From Octopus sinensis (taxonomy: Eukaryota), in contig NC_042998.1 of the NCBI RefSeq assembly GCF_006345805.1, positions 128,960,001 through 129,024,000 on the forward strand: a stretch of 64,000 nt of DNA. The letters run 5' to 3'. This document shows positions 25,471 through 38,371 of the stretch, in pieces; position 1 is the first letter of the stretch, and every line of letters begins with the position of its first letter. A program made the position numbers and the translations under genes. The notes beneath the pieces were generated by a model. That model made no database searches, was not told where the DNA came from, and saw nothing but the letters and a program-made list of their open reading frames with translations.

Positions 25471-26863
25471 GTTGAACGGAATTAAAAGGAAAAACCCAAA
25501 GAAACTAGCGTATAGTGTGATGAAATGTACCTGATAGTTTCAATATATGGTTGGGTAGTATATATTTTATATAGTACGTTGTATTTCATATTACGAATAT
25601 GAACAATATAGCTGAAAGTAAGAGCATCAAAAGAATGTTCTGCATAGTAAATACATATACGGGAGGGACTCATATATAATAGAGTAGCGAGAGACAAAAA
25701 AATCGCTTTAATAGATTTTAACCCCCACCCAGGTGGGATATTTATCTTCTAACTGCAAGATGGAACCAGTTCATATATGTGAGACTCTATCGCATATTTG
25801 TTTAGAAAATAAAACGCAATTTTGCAGTCTTTTCTTTCCTTCATAATATTCACATTCTCTATTTACCTAAATACTGATCACTTCTTACTCCATATATCCG
25901 AAATATGACCATTGTTTTCACCAATTCGCTCTAAAGATAAATCCATTTTTCTTTGCAACATCATAGTTTTCCGAAATTTTTGGTTAGCTGATCTTATGGA
26001 AATTATATCCTTTGATTGTTGGTTTTAGATTTTAAACACTCTGAAAGGGAGTTTTTGTCAGCTAATTGTCTGGATAAGCTCAGTTAACTTTTTCAGCCTA
26101 TTTTATTACATACGTGAAAGCCTATCACATGTGTATGTATCAATCAGAAACATCCCTGTGGTTCTTTCACTCATACACACAGGCGATTATACACTGCCTT
26201 ATAAGTTAGACAACCTAATCTGAGTATACAGAATAAAATAAACCTCATAGAAATACGTGAACACTTATATATTGAAAGATAGAATATTTTACAAATTAAA
26301 TTTTGCTTGAATGAAAAAGAGCCAATAACTGACATCGAGAATCAAATTTATTGATTTATATAATGCTTCTTGTTTGTTAAATGATTTTAAAAATACCATC
26401 GCATAACGCAGAATCATTTAAGAAAGAAACATAAAAATGTATCAACTAAATTTTGTTTGATTCTCGGCAGCAGTTATTGCTGCTTGTTCATTCAAGCAAA
26501 ATTTAATTTGCAAAATGTTTTACATGACATACAAGTTTTGATATATTTCATCAGCCTTAAGAGACTTGGAGTCAAAGCTTGATTTCTCAACGAAGAACAT
26601 CTCTTTCAAATGTACACAACCTTGTGCATGGATCGCAACGTTAAAGTAATCGTACGTTTCACATTAAAAATAATAAGAATGAAAAAACATCAAACAAACA
26701 AAACAAAACAAAACAAAAACAGAATCCACCAAGACCAGAACTAAAACCACATTTAAAGTAGAACCGAACAAACCGAGTACCGTTTGAAGCACGAGGCAAC
26801 TGCACCCCCTACCCACCCACAATTATATATTAATATATGTCTATATATGCATGCAAGCATACA

Positions 26864-26943
<80 letters not shown>

Positions 26944-27447
26944 CTATGTATGTTTATATGTATGTATATGCATACATAAATACATGCATACATGCATACA
27001 CGCACACATATGAGTTTCTGTGTGTACGTTTAAACGTACAACTGCTGCTGGTAAATTTAGAGTTCCACTTAGAGTATCAACATCCAATCTACTTCCAGTA
27101 AAGTAATGTGGTTACTACTGTACTTAAATGTAGAGGAAATATAATGAAAAAAATTATGAACTCTACATACAGTTTATGCTATTCTTTCCCTACACACGTT
27201 TCATCATTGTGGATATTTGCATCTCCTATAGTGGGTGTTCATAACACATTTGGATGTAGATTCACAACGGTTTTTCAGGGTAATATTTTATAACACCGAG
27301 TTAACTCAGAACAAATGCTTATAGATAGATCGAGGGAAAAAATGTTTTTTATAAGTATTTCGTTTATAAATAGATATATGTATATTTATTTATAAAAATC
27401 CTATGGAGCTTTCTGTTCAAATATCTGATATAAAAAATCGCAGAATG

Positions 27448-27585
<138 letters not shown>

Positions 27586-27599
27586 AATAATAATAATAT

Positions 27600-29410
27600 A
27601 TTATATTTTATTCTTTCAATTTTTTTCTATTTCTTCCCGAGTGTCTTCCCGACTCCTTGGTCCAAAATTCCTCACTGTATATACATTGATAGGCCATTAA
27701 ACTAAACACACCTGATTGTTCATTTTCAAAATGAAATGAAATTATCCGAAAAAGGAAATAAGAAATAAAAGTATAAAAATACATTGGTATTAATCGTTCT
27801 CATAGCGACAATGCTCTTCTCAATACGTGTGACTTACCAGTTAAGACGATCTCTTGTACTTTCTGCAGGCATGGTAAGTCAGGGATCATTCTCAAAAGAT
27901 TTTCAGTTCCTTTTTTGATTATTCCAAGTGCTCCTACAAACACTGGTATTGTAACCTCCTGAGAGGTCACCATTTTTCGGTCTCAATTAGTGAATCATAT
28001 TTTCTGAGCTTGTCAAATTCTTTCGCCGAGACATTATGATCACAACGAATATTCTTGTTGATCAGTAAACAATGTTTATTGTTTTGGTCTTTCACAACAA
28101 TATCCGGTTTATTTGCTTTGATGGTTCAGTTTGTATGTACTGGAAAGTTCCAAAGAATCGTTACATTTCCTCCCTCAGTTACAGTCTCAGGGTGATGATT
28201 ATATCACTTGTCAGCTTTTGATTTTATAATGCCGAAACATTAACCAGTGTAGATATTGGCCAACTCTGCCCTGTCTTGATTTATACTCTATTGGTGCTAA
28301 AACTTTACATCCAGAGATTTGGTGGTCCACTATTTCAATCACATCATTTTGGATCTACTTAATTTTTCATAACATTGGTTAGGTAGTTCTGGATCAAAAA
28401 GATTTGCTTTTGAGCAGCTAAGATGAAGCCTTTGTCCTCTGGCTTTAACCTTGAGTTCCGTAGCCACTGATGGATGTGCTTCTGCTCTACATCAGCTTGC
28501 TTGCTACGGGCCACATATTTTCTGTGCAGAGGTCTCTGCTCCCACCGACCAGCTAATTGCTCGTGCGCTTTTTTCTTTGCCATTAACCTCACCGTCTTTG
28601 TAACAGCAGCTGCCGCACTCCTTTCAGGATGGATATTGGTGTGCAAGACCAAAACAAATATTTTGCTCTCCTTTATGACAGAATGAATCTTCTCCCTCCT
28701 CTCGTAATTTTAAATGGACATTAACATCCGGTCGTGTGTTGTTTCAAGATATTTGCCCAGTCCAATAGTGTTGGTTTTTAAGAGACTTCAAATTGGATCA
28801 GTCCTCGACCTCACTGGACCCTGGGAAGGTAAAGACGATCCTCGTCTTCCTTTGGGTGGTGCACCTCAGTAGCTTGCGTGTTTTTCTGTCAATTTTCTTT
28901 ATTTCACTGAATTTGACAAGCTCAGAAAATATGATTCGTTAATTGAGATCGAAAAATTGTGACCTCTTAAGAGGTTACAATACCAGTGCTTGTAGGAGCA
29001 CTTGGAATAATCAAAATTCATTGTGGCCATAAGTGACAACTGGTACTGCTAAGGAATTCACGACTAACACCTTGTTACGTGCGTTTGGCTCAGATTGCAG
29101 GACTGTTCGAATTTACCTATAACATTCCTTCCTCATCTTTTCTTTCATGTTTGTATGCTGAATGCCAGAGTCTTCATTTATTCTGAGATGTTTGTAGGTT
29201 TGTTCTTACTCAAGTTCTTTTATAACTGTGTCAGCATCAAACACGACCGAATTCGTGGTCTTTAATTCCTCTTTCTGGAAAGTGGCCTTGGCACACTTTC
29301 CATGATCAAACTCCATCCCGATGTCATCACTGAATATGTAAGAGGCCTTCAAGCTCATCATTGTATTTGCCATAGAGTTTCATTTAATCCACATAAAATA
29401 GATGGCTGCT
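27600..29410 (-). mobile_element. R4/Dong-clade non-LTR retrotransposon (RT C-terminus plus restriction-like endonuclease), 5'-truncated and decayed
   Basis: SHLFYVD.., FSDDIGMEF..KCAK, IDRKTRKLL..HHPK..DRLYLPR..GRGL, W...PLH.KY, WLRNSRLKPEDKGFILAAQ, IKANKPDIVVKD, PV.VGALG.IKKG and LRRALSL* (stop at 27800-27802). Confidence 0.85.
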
Positions 29411-29429
29411 TATTATCATTATTATTATT

Positions 29430-29525
<96 letters not shown>

Positions 29526-30817
29526 GTCGTTTACTTTTAATCTGCATGTTTGATGCAATCACTTGCCGGGGCACACCCAGCGCCCTAGGGCAAGTGAAGG
29601 TTAAGAGTTGTTGAAATATAGCTGAAAGCTTGGGGAGGGGAAGTAGAGAAATATCTCCATGTAATACAACATTTACATTGATAGGGTTTTTCTAAGGATG
29701 TGGGTAGTACTTGTTAGCACAATCTTTTGGATTTCCTTGAGACATGGTTCTCCAGGGATATTGTCTAGGTGTTTCTGACATCCCTTTTTTTATCATACCT
29801 AGGGCACCTACAATAACAGGAACAGTTTTTGTTTTAAGATTCCACATCTTTTGTATTTCGATTTCCAGGTCCTTATCTCTCTCTATATAAACGGCAGTTT
29901 GTCTGTGCGTGTTTCTGTGTGTCTGTTTGCTTGTACCCTCACTCTGACCACGGCTTTCAACCGATTCTGATGAAACTTGACACACACATAGCCCAATGTC
30001 ATAATTCAAAACTAACGCAGCGAAAATTTTGAAAAGTTCCCCCAGTTCTGAAAGAGATCGATAAATTCGACATGAGGTCGACAATCAGAAACACAAACCA
30101 CAGATGGTCTAGGGGATGCAACTCGACCTTTTTAACTATCAAAAAAAAATTTACCATAATTTTTTTCCCCATTTTTTGCTATTTTTTGGCTATAACTCTC
30201 TAAAAATGCTTTATAGTTATTTCCCTTACAAACCCGAGCAACGCCGGGCGATACTGCTAGTATTTACTAAGTTTGTCAAATTTCTTTACAGATATATTTT
30301 TATCAGTGGGGACGCTTACCTCTATTAGTCTGTAGATATTTTCTTCCCTGTCTTTAACAATTATGTCTGGTCGATTAGCCTTGATCGTTCTGTCAGTGTT
30401 GACTGGAAAATCCCAGAGGATGGTAAAATTTTAACCTTCAACAACTGGCTGAGGATGGTGTTCATACCAGTTAGCAGGAGTGTCGAATTTGTAGTGTTTA
30501 CATATCTTCCAATGTATATACTGTCCTACCCTATCGTGGCGATTTTTGTATTCGTTTGGTGTCAGCACAGGACATCCCGAAACGAGATGGTCTATTGTTT
30601 CGTCAAATGTGTCGCGGAATATGCATTTAAGGTCAGTACCGTTTCGGAGAACGTTAACTTGGTAATTTCTGGTAAACAAGCTTTGATCTTGTGCTGCCAG
30701 TATGAAGCTTCCAGTCTCTGCTTTCAATCCTGAACTCTTCACCCACTAATGGGCTGTTGCTTGGTCTACATCAGCATTTTGGCTTCGGAGAATATATTGT
30801 TCATGCAAGGGCTTCTG

Positions 30818-30818
<1 letters not shown>
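29526..30818 (-). mobile_element. Second R4/Dong-clade element, 5'-truncated and interrupted by a Helitron
   Basis: KSSGLKAETGSFILAAQDQSLFTRNY, ETIDHLVSGC.VL...EYKNRHDRVGQYIHW, TIKANRPDIIVKD and KY|KDLEIEIQKMWNLK..VPVIVGALG. The 3' UTR ends in (AAT)n. Confidence 0.9.
29876..30260 (+). mobile_element. Full-length 385-bp non-autonomous Helitron
   Basis: 5' TC, 3' hairpin CCCGAGCAACGCCGGG plus CTAG, inserted A|T with no TSD. Removing it restores the host frame KLSKY-KDLEIE. Confidence 0.95.
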
Positions 30819-30873
<55 letters not shown>

Positions 30874-30877
30874 GAAC

Positions 30878-31085
30878 GGCAAGCTGGCAGAATCGTTAGC
30901 ACGCTGGACGAAATGCGTAGCCGTATTTCGCCCGTTGCTACGTTCTGAGTTCGAATTCCGCCGGGGTCGACTTTGCCTTTCGAGGTCGATAAATTAAGTA
31001 CCAGTGAAAAACTGGGGTCGATGTAATTGACTAGTCCCCTGCCCGAAAACGTCAGGACGTGTGCCTTTAGTAGAAAGGATTATTA
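30878..31085 (+). mobile_element. tRNA-derived SINE (family A)
   Basis: Near full length, from head to the GGATTATT tail. Confidence 0.85.
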
Positions 31086-31148
31086 TTGTTGTTGTTTTTA
31101 TCCTCCTCCTCCTCCTCATTATTGTTGTCATCATCATCATCATTATTA

Positions 31149-31214
<66 letters not shown>

Positions 31215-32088
31215 TGTTTTGAAGGAGACGGACGTCTTCGAAGAAACATCATTTTACCACGATTTAAATGATTTGGTTAGTCTCATTTTACTGCTGTAAA
31301 CTTTTTGTTGAGAAACTTTGTAAAGTTTGGACTTCTACCCTATAACTTTGAGCGGAGGAAAATCTTTTTTCGCTTTTATACTATTTAAAAAAAAATGTTA
31401 TATTAGTTATTTAATATGACTTCTGAGGGAGGAAGAAAAAGAACTAGCAACAATAATACTTGCAGCGATTCCACCCCACCAAAGAAAAATATTTGCGAGC
31501 AAGAACCCAGTTAAAGAAAACAGAAAAACAGAAAAGAAACAAAAAGAAAGAAAATGGATACAATTGAAGAAACAAACACAGCCGAAATTTACTCTTAAAA
31601 CGCTGAATATAATAGCAGAAGCAGCAGTTTTGGTAGCATTGTAAACCAGGGAGTGGTGATCGATTGAAGCTAGTATCCAAAAAAAAAAAAAAAGAAAATG
31701 ATAAAAGTATGTTACAAAAGATAGTGCCTCCTTGTCTGAGGAATACACCCTGAAAAGGTGCTGGTGCAAAGAAACTTAGTTCTGTATTTCCAGAAGCGGA
31801 GAAGACCTTAGCAAGGCACACTGTTTGCTCTAGCATAGGGACAGGGTATGTCGGAGTGAGTGTTCGGTCTTCAAGGTCGACGATGAGGCAAGGCGACAAG
31901 TGGAGCTGGTACACCACACGTTTACCCAGAGACCGGTGTCGAAATATATGGACAGATGTAAAATAGTGGTCACCAGCGTCATTGTTAAGGATATTGATCT
32001 CTGGCTTATCGTCCCCTCATTTTCGCGGTACAGCAGGAGCAAGTGGTAACACTAAATAACATATGAGCGTGAGGGGACTTGCATAGAC

Positions 32089-32273
32089 TAGTGTTTTCCA
32101 ACCCTTTTAATGCCGAACACCCAAGACATATACACTATACCTTCCAACTTTTATGTAATACAGATAGTGATTACCTTTAGAATTAAAATAAATGTATTGT
32201 GCACCGCAATACTATGGCTGTTAACGCCTTCCCATTAAGTTTGGGGCAATAGGCATCCCCTTGGGAATCACTA
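32089..32273. mobile_element. hAT-like MITE
   Basis: TIRs TAGTGTTTTCCAA / TTGGGAATCACTA. 8-bp TSD GCATAGAC / GTATAGAC. Confidence 0.8.
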
Positions 32274-33189
32274 GTATAGACATACAAGTCCTGATGATCT
32301 CCGAAACCTAAAACTCTATACCTTGTTGTGGAGTCAGAAAGGGAAATCCTTAGACAGGTAGCGCAGGAAAATAAATCCAGTTGCTATATATATATAGCAA
32401 TATGAATTACTTGAAGCTTTCTCTGCCCAGAGGGGCCAGAGAGCGGTAGTCAACTACAGAGGCAGCAACAGTAACAGCAGGCTTCCTAAATTACTGCTTT
32501 TAGGGCAGGGAATTACCAGTTGCAGCTCCGATTATTGCAGAGAAACCGTCTTGTCTTCAGTGCCTGAAGCCAAGAGCCTTCCCACCAAAGGAGACGTGCA
32601 GAAAAATCCTTGGCAGCCATGGGTATATGCAGAGATTACATACACTTTTACATATACACCGACATAATTCCACCTACCCAAAAACAATTGCAATAACAGC
32701 AGAAACAACAACAGCAACAGCAACAAACAATGAGAAAACTCTGACATACTAGTGAGAAACTAGAAGTACACATGCATATACATATACATACAACACACAT
32801 ACACACGCGCGAGCGCACAGCAAGCACGGACGCGTTCTCATAACTCGCGCATACCTTCTAATATATATTTTCGTAGTTTGATTATGTAGAAAACTTTATA
32901 CATATATACAAATACCATAGTCATAGAGATTGTCTTCCGACACAGAGCAGCAGCTATAAACTAAAGAAAGGTAGAAAGCTAGGAAAAGAAGAAAAGCCCA
33001 ATGAAATAAAGGAGAGGCTAAGTCCAAAGCAAGTAGATCCGACAGGAGAAGCTCACTTCGAGCTATGAAGTGATAAGATTCATGGGTGTTTCTTTGACTC
33101 GCCATGGAAGAGCTAATGGATTATCTAATCGACCTTAAAGACGGAAGGTCTTCCTTTGAGGAGGCGATGAAGCTGTCGCCATTGTTACA

Positions 33190-33410
33190 GCTGCCGCCTT
33201 GGCACCGCTGCCGCCTTGGCACCGCTGCCGCCTTGGCACCGCTGCCGCCTTGGCACCGCTGCCGCCTTGGCACCGCTGCCGCCTTGGCACCGCTGCCGCC
33301 TTGGCACAGCTGCCGCCATTGTACCGCTGCCGCCTTGGCACCGCTGCAGCCTTGGCACCGCTGCTGCCTTGGCACCGCTGCCGCCATTGCACCGCTGCCG
33401 CCATTGCGCC
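33190..33410. repeat. GC-rich 17-bp minisatellite (GCTGCCGCCTTGGCACC), about 13 units
   Basis: Seen directly. The period of 17 gives the 17-aa repeats in the overlapping ORFs. Confidence 0.95.
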
Positions 33411-33760
33411 TCTGTCGCCCGCTTATTCCGCTTCCCTCACTGTCTCCACTGCCGTTGCTGCTGCACTACCGCCGCTATATCCCTACATCCGCCGCCGCTA
33501 CCACCACCACCACCACCACCACCGCCGACGCCGCCACCACCACCACCACCACCGCCGCCGCCACCACCGCCAGAGATTTGTGCCGAGTCAGCAATAACAA
33601 CGGAACCAAATGAGAAGAAAAAAAAAGCAGAAAGCAAACAATATTAATCAAACGTCGAATGAAATAACACAAGGTATTGATTTACACGTGTCACCTCGCC
33701 AGCACTTATTACATTCATATATACGAGAATATGCACTCATACACACATACTGAATTCATG

Positions 33761-33819
<59 letters not shown>

Positions 33820-33874
33820 GTGCGTGTGTGTGCGTGCGGGTGAATGCTTGTGACTATGTACACATACTCATACA

Positions 33875-33912
<38 letters not shown>

Positions 33913-34074
33913 TATATTGTTACTTGTATTTATATACATAAGGTGATTTAGAGACACAGTATTTTATATACATATCTACATACTGTACAATTTATATATA
34001 CATAAATACGAGCAAATATACAAAAATGATATATTCACGTATTTGTGCATGTGTGTATAATATATATATATACG

Positions 34075-34146
<72 letters not shown>

Positions 34147-34208
34147 ACATACACACATATCTATATAAGTTTATACTAATGCACATGAATGTGTTTTTGA
34201 GCCTATGT

Positions 34209-34239
<31 letters not shown>

Positions 34240-35124
34240 CATACATTGAAATATAGGTGTGTATATATTTATATATGTATATATATATACCTATATTTAT
34301 ATATATGTAGGAAGTAGGTAAGCATATATATATATACATATATATATAAGTATATGTATGCATGTATGTATGTATGTATGTATGTATGTATGTATGTATG
34401 TATGTTTGTATGTATGTATGTATGTGTGTATGTATGTGTGTGTGTGTGGGGGGGGTGTATGTATAATGAACACAAAACAATTTGCGAATGCTACAAACGA
34501 GTAGGAAACGTAATATAAAACTATTAAAAAAATTGTGACTCAGAAGTATATATGCATGTACAAATAATATAAAGAGAAAAATAAAATTTCCGCCACCTCT
34601 CTCTTTCTATGTAGATATGTATAAATATACAAATACGCATATATGCATGTATATATATATATGTATATATACATATACATAGATACATGTGTACATATAC
34701 GTGTAGCACACACATGCATGCACACGCACATATATATATACATGTATGTATGTTTGTATGTATTTATGTGGGAAAGCATGTACAAGCTGAAACCCAAATT
34801 TGCATGCATATCAAACAAATGGATGTCTAACAAAATGGCCGCAAAAACCACAATGTCATTTGCTCCTGTGTATGCACATCAATATAAACACACACACGCA
34901 CACACACACACACACGCACACACACACATTCCTTGGCGTCACGCTTATTTGTAGACATTACGTACACTCTTGAATATGCACAAACAAAATGCCACATATA
35001 CAACAGCAGTAACAGCAACAACAACAGACAAGTAAAAGACGCGACGAAACCACTGACACAGAAACATGTCAAAACACAGATGCATATATACACATTATAT
35101 ATATATATATATATTATATATATA

Positions 35125-35168
<44 letters not shown>

Positions 35169-35646
35169 TATATACATATATATACATACATATATATGTG
35201 TGTGTATATGTGTGTGTGTATATGTATGTATATATATATATATATATGTGTGTGCATGAACACAAACACACACATGCACACACGCACACATTTGCAATAG
35301 ACTTCCGTTAATTCAATAGAAAGAAAAGTCATCTCAAAAAACAATCACATCGAGCTTCCTGATTGTGTATGTGGGTTGATTTTATCCTGGACTTTAGCTG
35401 TCATTTTTGTAATCAGTGATATGGGAGGTATTTTTTAGTTGATTTTTTTCTCTCTCTCTCTCCTTCCCGTTATTGAATAAAGCGGGAGTAATGACAACAA
35501 CAACAACTACAACAACAGCAACATCACTAGCAGTCATACAAACAAGAAAAACATTATCAACAATGGCAGTCACAACCACAACAAATAACAGTGTTACAAG
35601 AACGGCAACGTCACTATCAGTCATACAAACAGAAAATAAAAATTGT

Positions 35647-35680
<34 letters not shown>

Positions 35681-37489
35681 TCAATAACAATGTTATAGAA
35701 GCAGCAACATCCTCACAACAACAATTACTGCGACGACAGCATCTGCAGCTGCAAAACAAAATAGCAACCGTGATAACAATGACAACAACTGAAAGAATAA
35801 CGGCTACACAAAACAGTCTCTGTAATAGAAGCGACTGAAATAAATAAATAAATAAATAAATACGGTCAACAACAGCAATTGCCACTGTAACAGAAAAGCA
35901 TCCACAGTTAGCAACAGCTAGAACAACTGCAATACAAAACAACGACAGTAACAACAACACAAAATGGCTACCGTAATAGCAACAGTAACTGAGTTACAAA
36001 GCAAAACAAAAAGAACCACCACAACCTCAGGAATTTCATCTGTGCTCGTCGGCGCCCGGAGTTGTTTACAGATCATTGCTTGTGCTCATCACAAATTTTT
36101 TATAGAATGCAAGTGTTGTCTTTTCGCCCACCCCATTGTTTAGCTGGCATAGTACCGTATGTGTTTTCTGATGCCAAATGTCCGAAATCTGAGCATAACC
36201 TCTAACATGGCTGTGTCGGAAGATATGTCTACTGGACATTAGGATATCGCTTCGCATGAAAACGGAAATATGTACCAAATATGCATTCGCTTTATTCAAT
36301 CCCCTTGCTAGAAATTGCTTCCGAATCTCCCTGAAATCAAATTTCTCCCTCTTAGAATTGGAAAGACACAAAAATGGACACAGTAGTCTTAGTTGCATAA
36401 AATAGTGGAATTATCATTGTTTAAGCTGGAGAGTTATTAGATCACAGGCCTGCCTAATCAGGTCTGACCCGAGGCTAAACAACACCAGTTAGTACCTATT
36501 TTATCAATCCGAGAAGTATAAATCTTATCACCTATCAACAATATAAAATAGTACCATAAATTTAAAGAAAGGTGAACTGGCTGCGTGCATAAGCCATCTA
36601 ACAGTCAGCTTACAGTAGCTAACTAAGTGTTGGCATTTTTAATATAGTGAGTATTAAAAAGCTAATTAGAAATAAATATGAGGCGAAAAGAGACATTACT
36701 AGCTCAATAACTAATATCATTTTAATTATTACATTGATAATCGGAGAAACTCCGAACATGTCTTAATCATATTAGACATCCTGAATGAATCAGCGACATA
36801 TCTGTTGAAGCCCTAGTAATAGAATCCCTACGTAAGTCAACAATATTCCACAGGAATATTCGTGAAAGTCGTGAAAAGCAATATAGATTGTTGAATAACT
36901 TACTAAGTGTAATTGCTGAGGTCATAGCATTGAAACTGATATGGCTCATTAGAATGTGTGTATGGTCTTAATCCTTCACACCTTACTGCATCTAGCCACC
37001 GCAAAAGTAGTTAAGATGTTAAGGAATAGGTTTTAGAATGCTCCCCTGCAAAGATAATATTTTATCTGCATGACCTTATATGTTTTTCCTGAACTTCACA
37101 CTAAATAATCGGAGCTTAGCATTAAACCTTGGGACTAACCACTAGAAGTGTAAGATTAGGTCAAGGCTGGATCAGTTGAAGGGAGTCGTTCGGGATTCTT
37201 GTAGGATTGACCAAATCTCTAAGCGAACTCATCACTCTTTCTAAAATAGGTTTGATATTATTTTGGATAAACTGTCACACAATTGGAATAAGATTGAGAG
37301 TCGATTTGAATAATTTCATTTTATAAACCGTTTTTGAGTCATTAGCCAACTCTAAAAGCAAAATTGAATGTGACTACTCAGCAGGAACAACAACTAATAG
37401 TGAACTCCCCCTTCCCTGCTCCCTGCCTCTCCTCCTTATTATCATCACTACCATCATCACCATCATGTGATAAGAGAGGGCTTCCAAAC

Positions 37490-37665
37490 CAGTGTTTCCT
37501 AATCTTTCACAAAGTCTAGTACCCATTTTGATGACAAATCGAATCAGTCAGTACCCGTCCTTAAAACTTCCGTAGTGGTATTCAAAGGAAACACCACTGT
37601 AGTTTAATTTGAATTTCCAATATCCCCCAAAACGTGTTTTTGGCACCGCAGTCGCGGAAACACTG
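37490..37665. mobile_element. hAT-like MITE
   Basis: TIRs CAGTGTTTCC / GGAAACACTG. The TSD is degenerate (TTCCAAAC / CTCTACAC). Confidence 0.55.
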
Positions 37666-38371
37666 CTCTACACACTAATTTTGTCTACTAGAAATAACAG
37701 CGACATTTCCCTAAAACCAGAAGCTACCACTTTTGAAAAAGTACACATTAAAAAATCTAATCTTGCCTACATCGTATTTGAAAAGGTAGGGGCATGCTCG
37801 GAACGCTTTTGATACAGCAATATCATTAAATACAATAACAGCAACAATCTAATCATAACTACTGTACTACCACTGTTACGATTCTTTCCACTGGTTTGCT
37901 GAAGGTCACTATCATGAACAATAAATGACCATTACAATGAATGGATTGGGGTCACGGTTAGAATGTCTTTGAATATGGATATAGTGGATCCGAGCTGACC
38001 TGCGGCTAAATGACGCTACTCTTCTGCAGTAAAATCTCAATTGCATCACTTTGGCTTCTCATGCATTAAACTTTTAGGGGAAATAGTTTACATAGGTTGC
38101 GTTTATGTATTTGGTTTGCAAGATTCCTGGTGTGAAATCGAGTGTTGGAAACATATATCGTTATATGTGGTGATGGTAATATTTTTTTTGCCAAATAAAC
38201 ACACGTACTATATATTCGTTCTCCACTTCAGCTTTATTATTGTTCTTGCGGATTAAACAGAACAGGAGGAGACATATGGGATGGAGAGAGTCGCTGGAGA
38301 AGTCACAAAATGTGCAATGAAAGATTTTAGACTAAGAACGCTAAAATAAGAACAACAAGGGCACTCGGAGA

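Noticed and set aside
26515-26560. CTGATGA...AAAACTTGTATGTC on the minus strand
   Set aside because: GAAA is broken, stem III is mismatched and there is no stem I. Too degenerate to call.
32290-32310. CTGATGA-TCTCC-GAAAC
   Set aside because: Both core motifs are present, but none of stems I, II or III can form.
32398-32665. ~88-codon stop-free plus-strand frame
   Set aside because: No start or clear splice sites, and only a weak RLPK resemblance to LINE C-termini.
33190-33410. CRISPR-like array
   Set aside because: Contiguous 17-bp units with no spacers, in a eukaryotic context.
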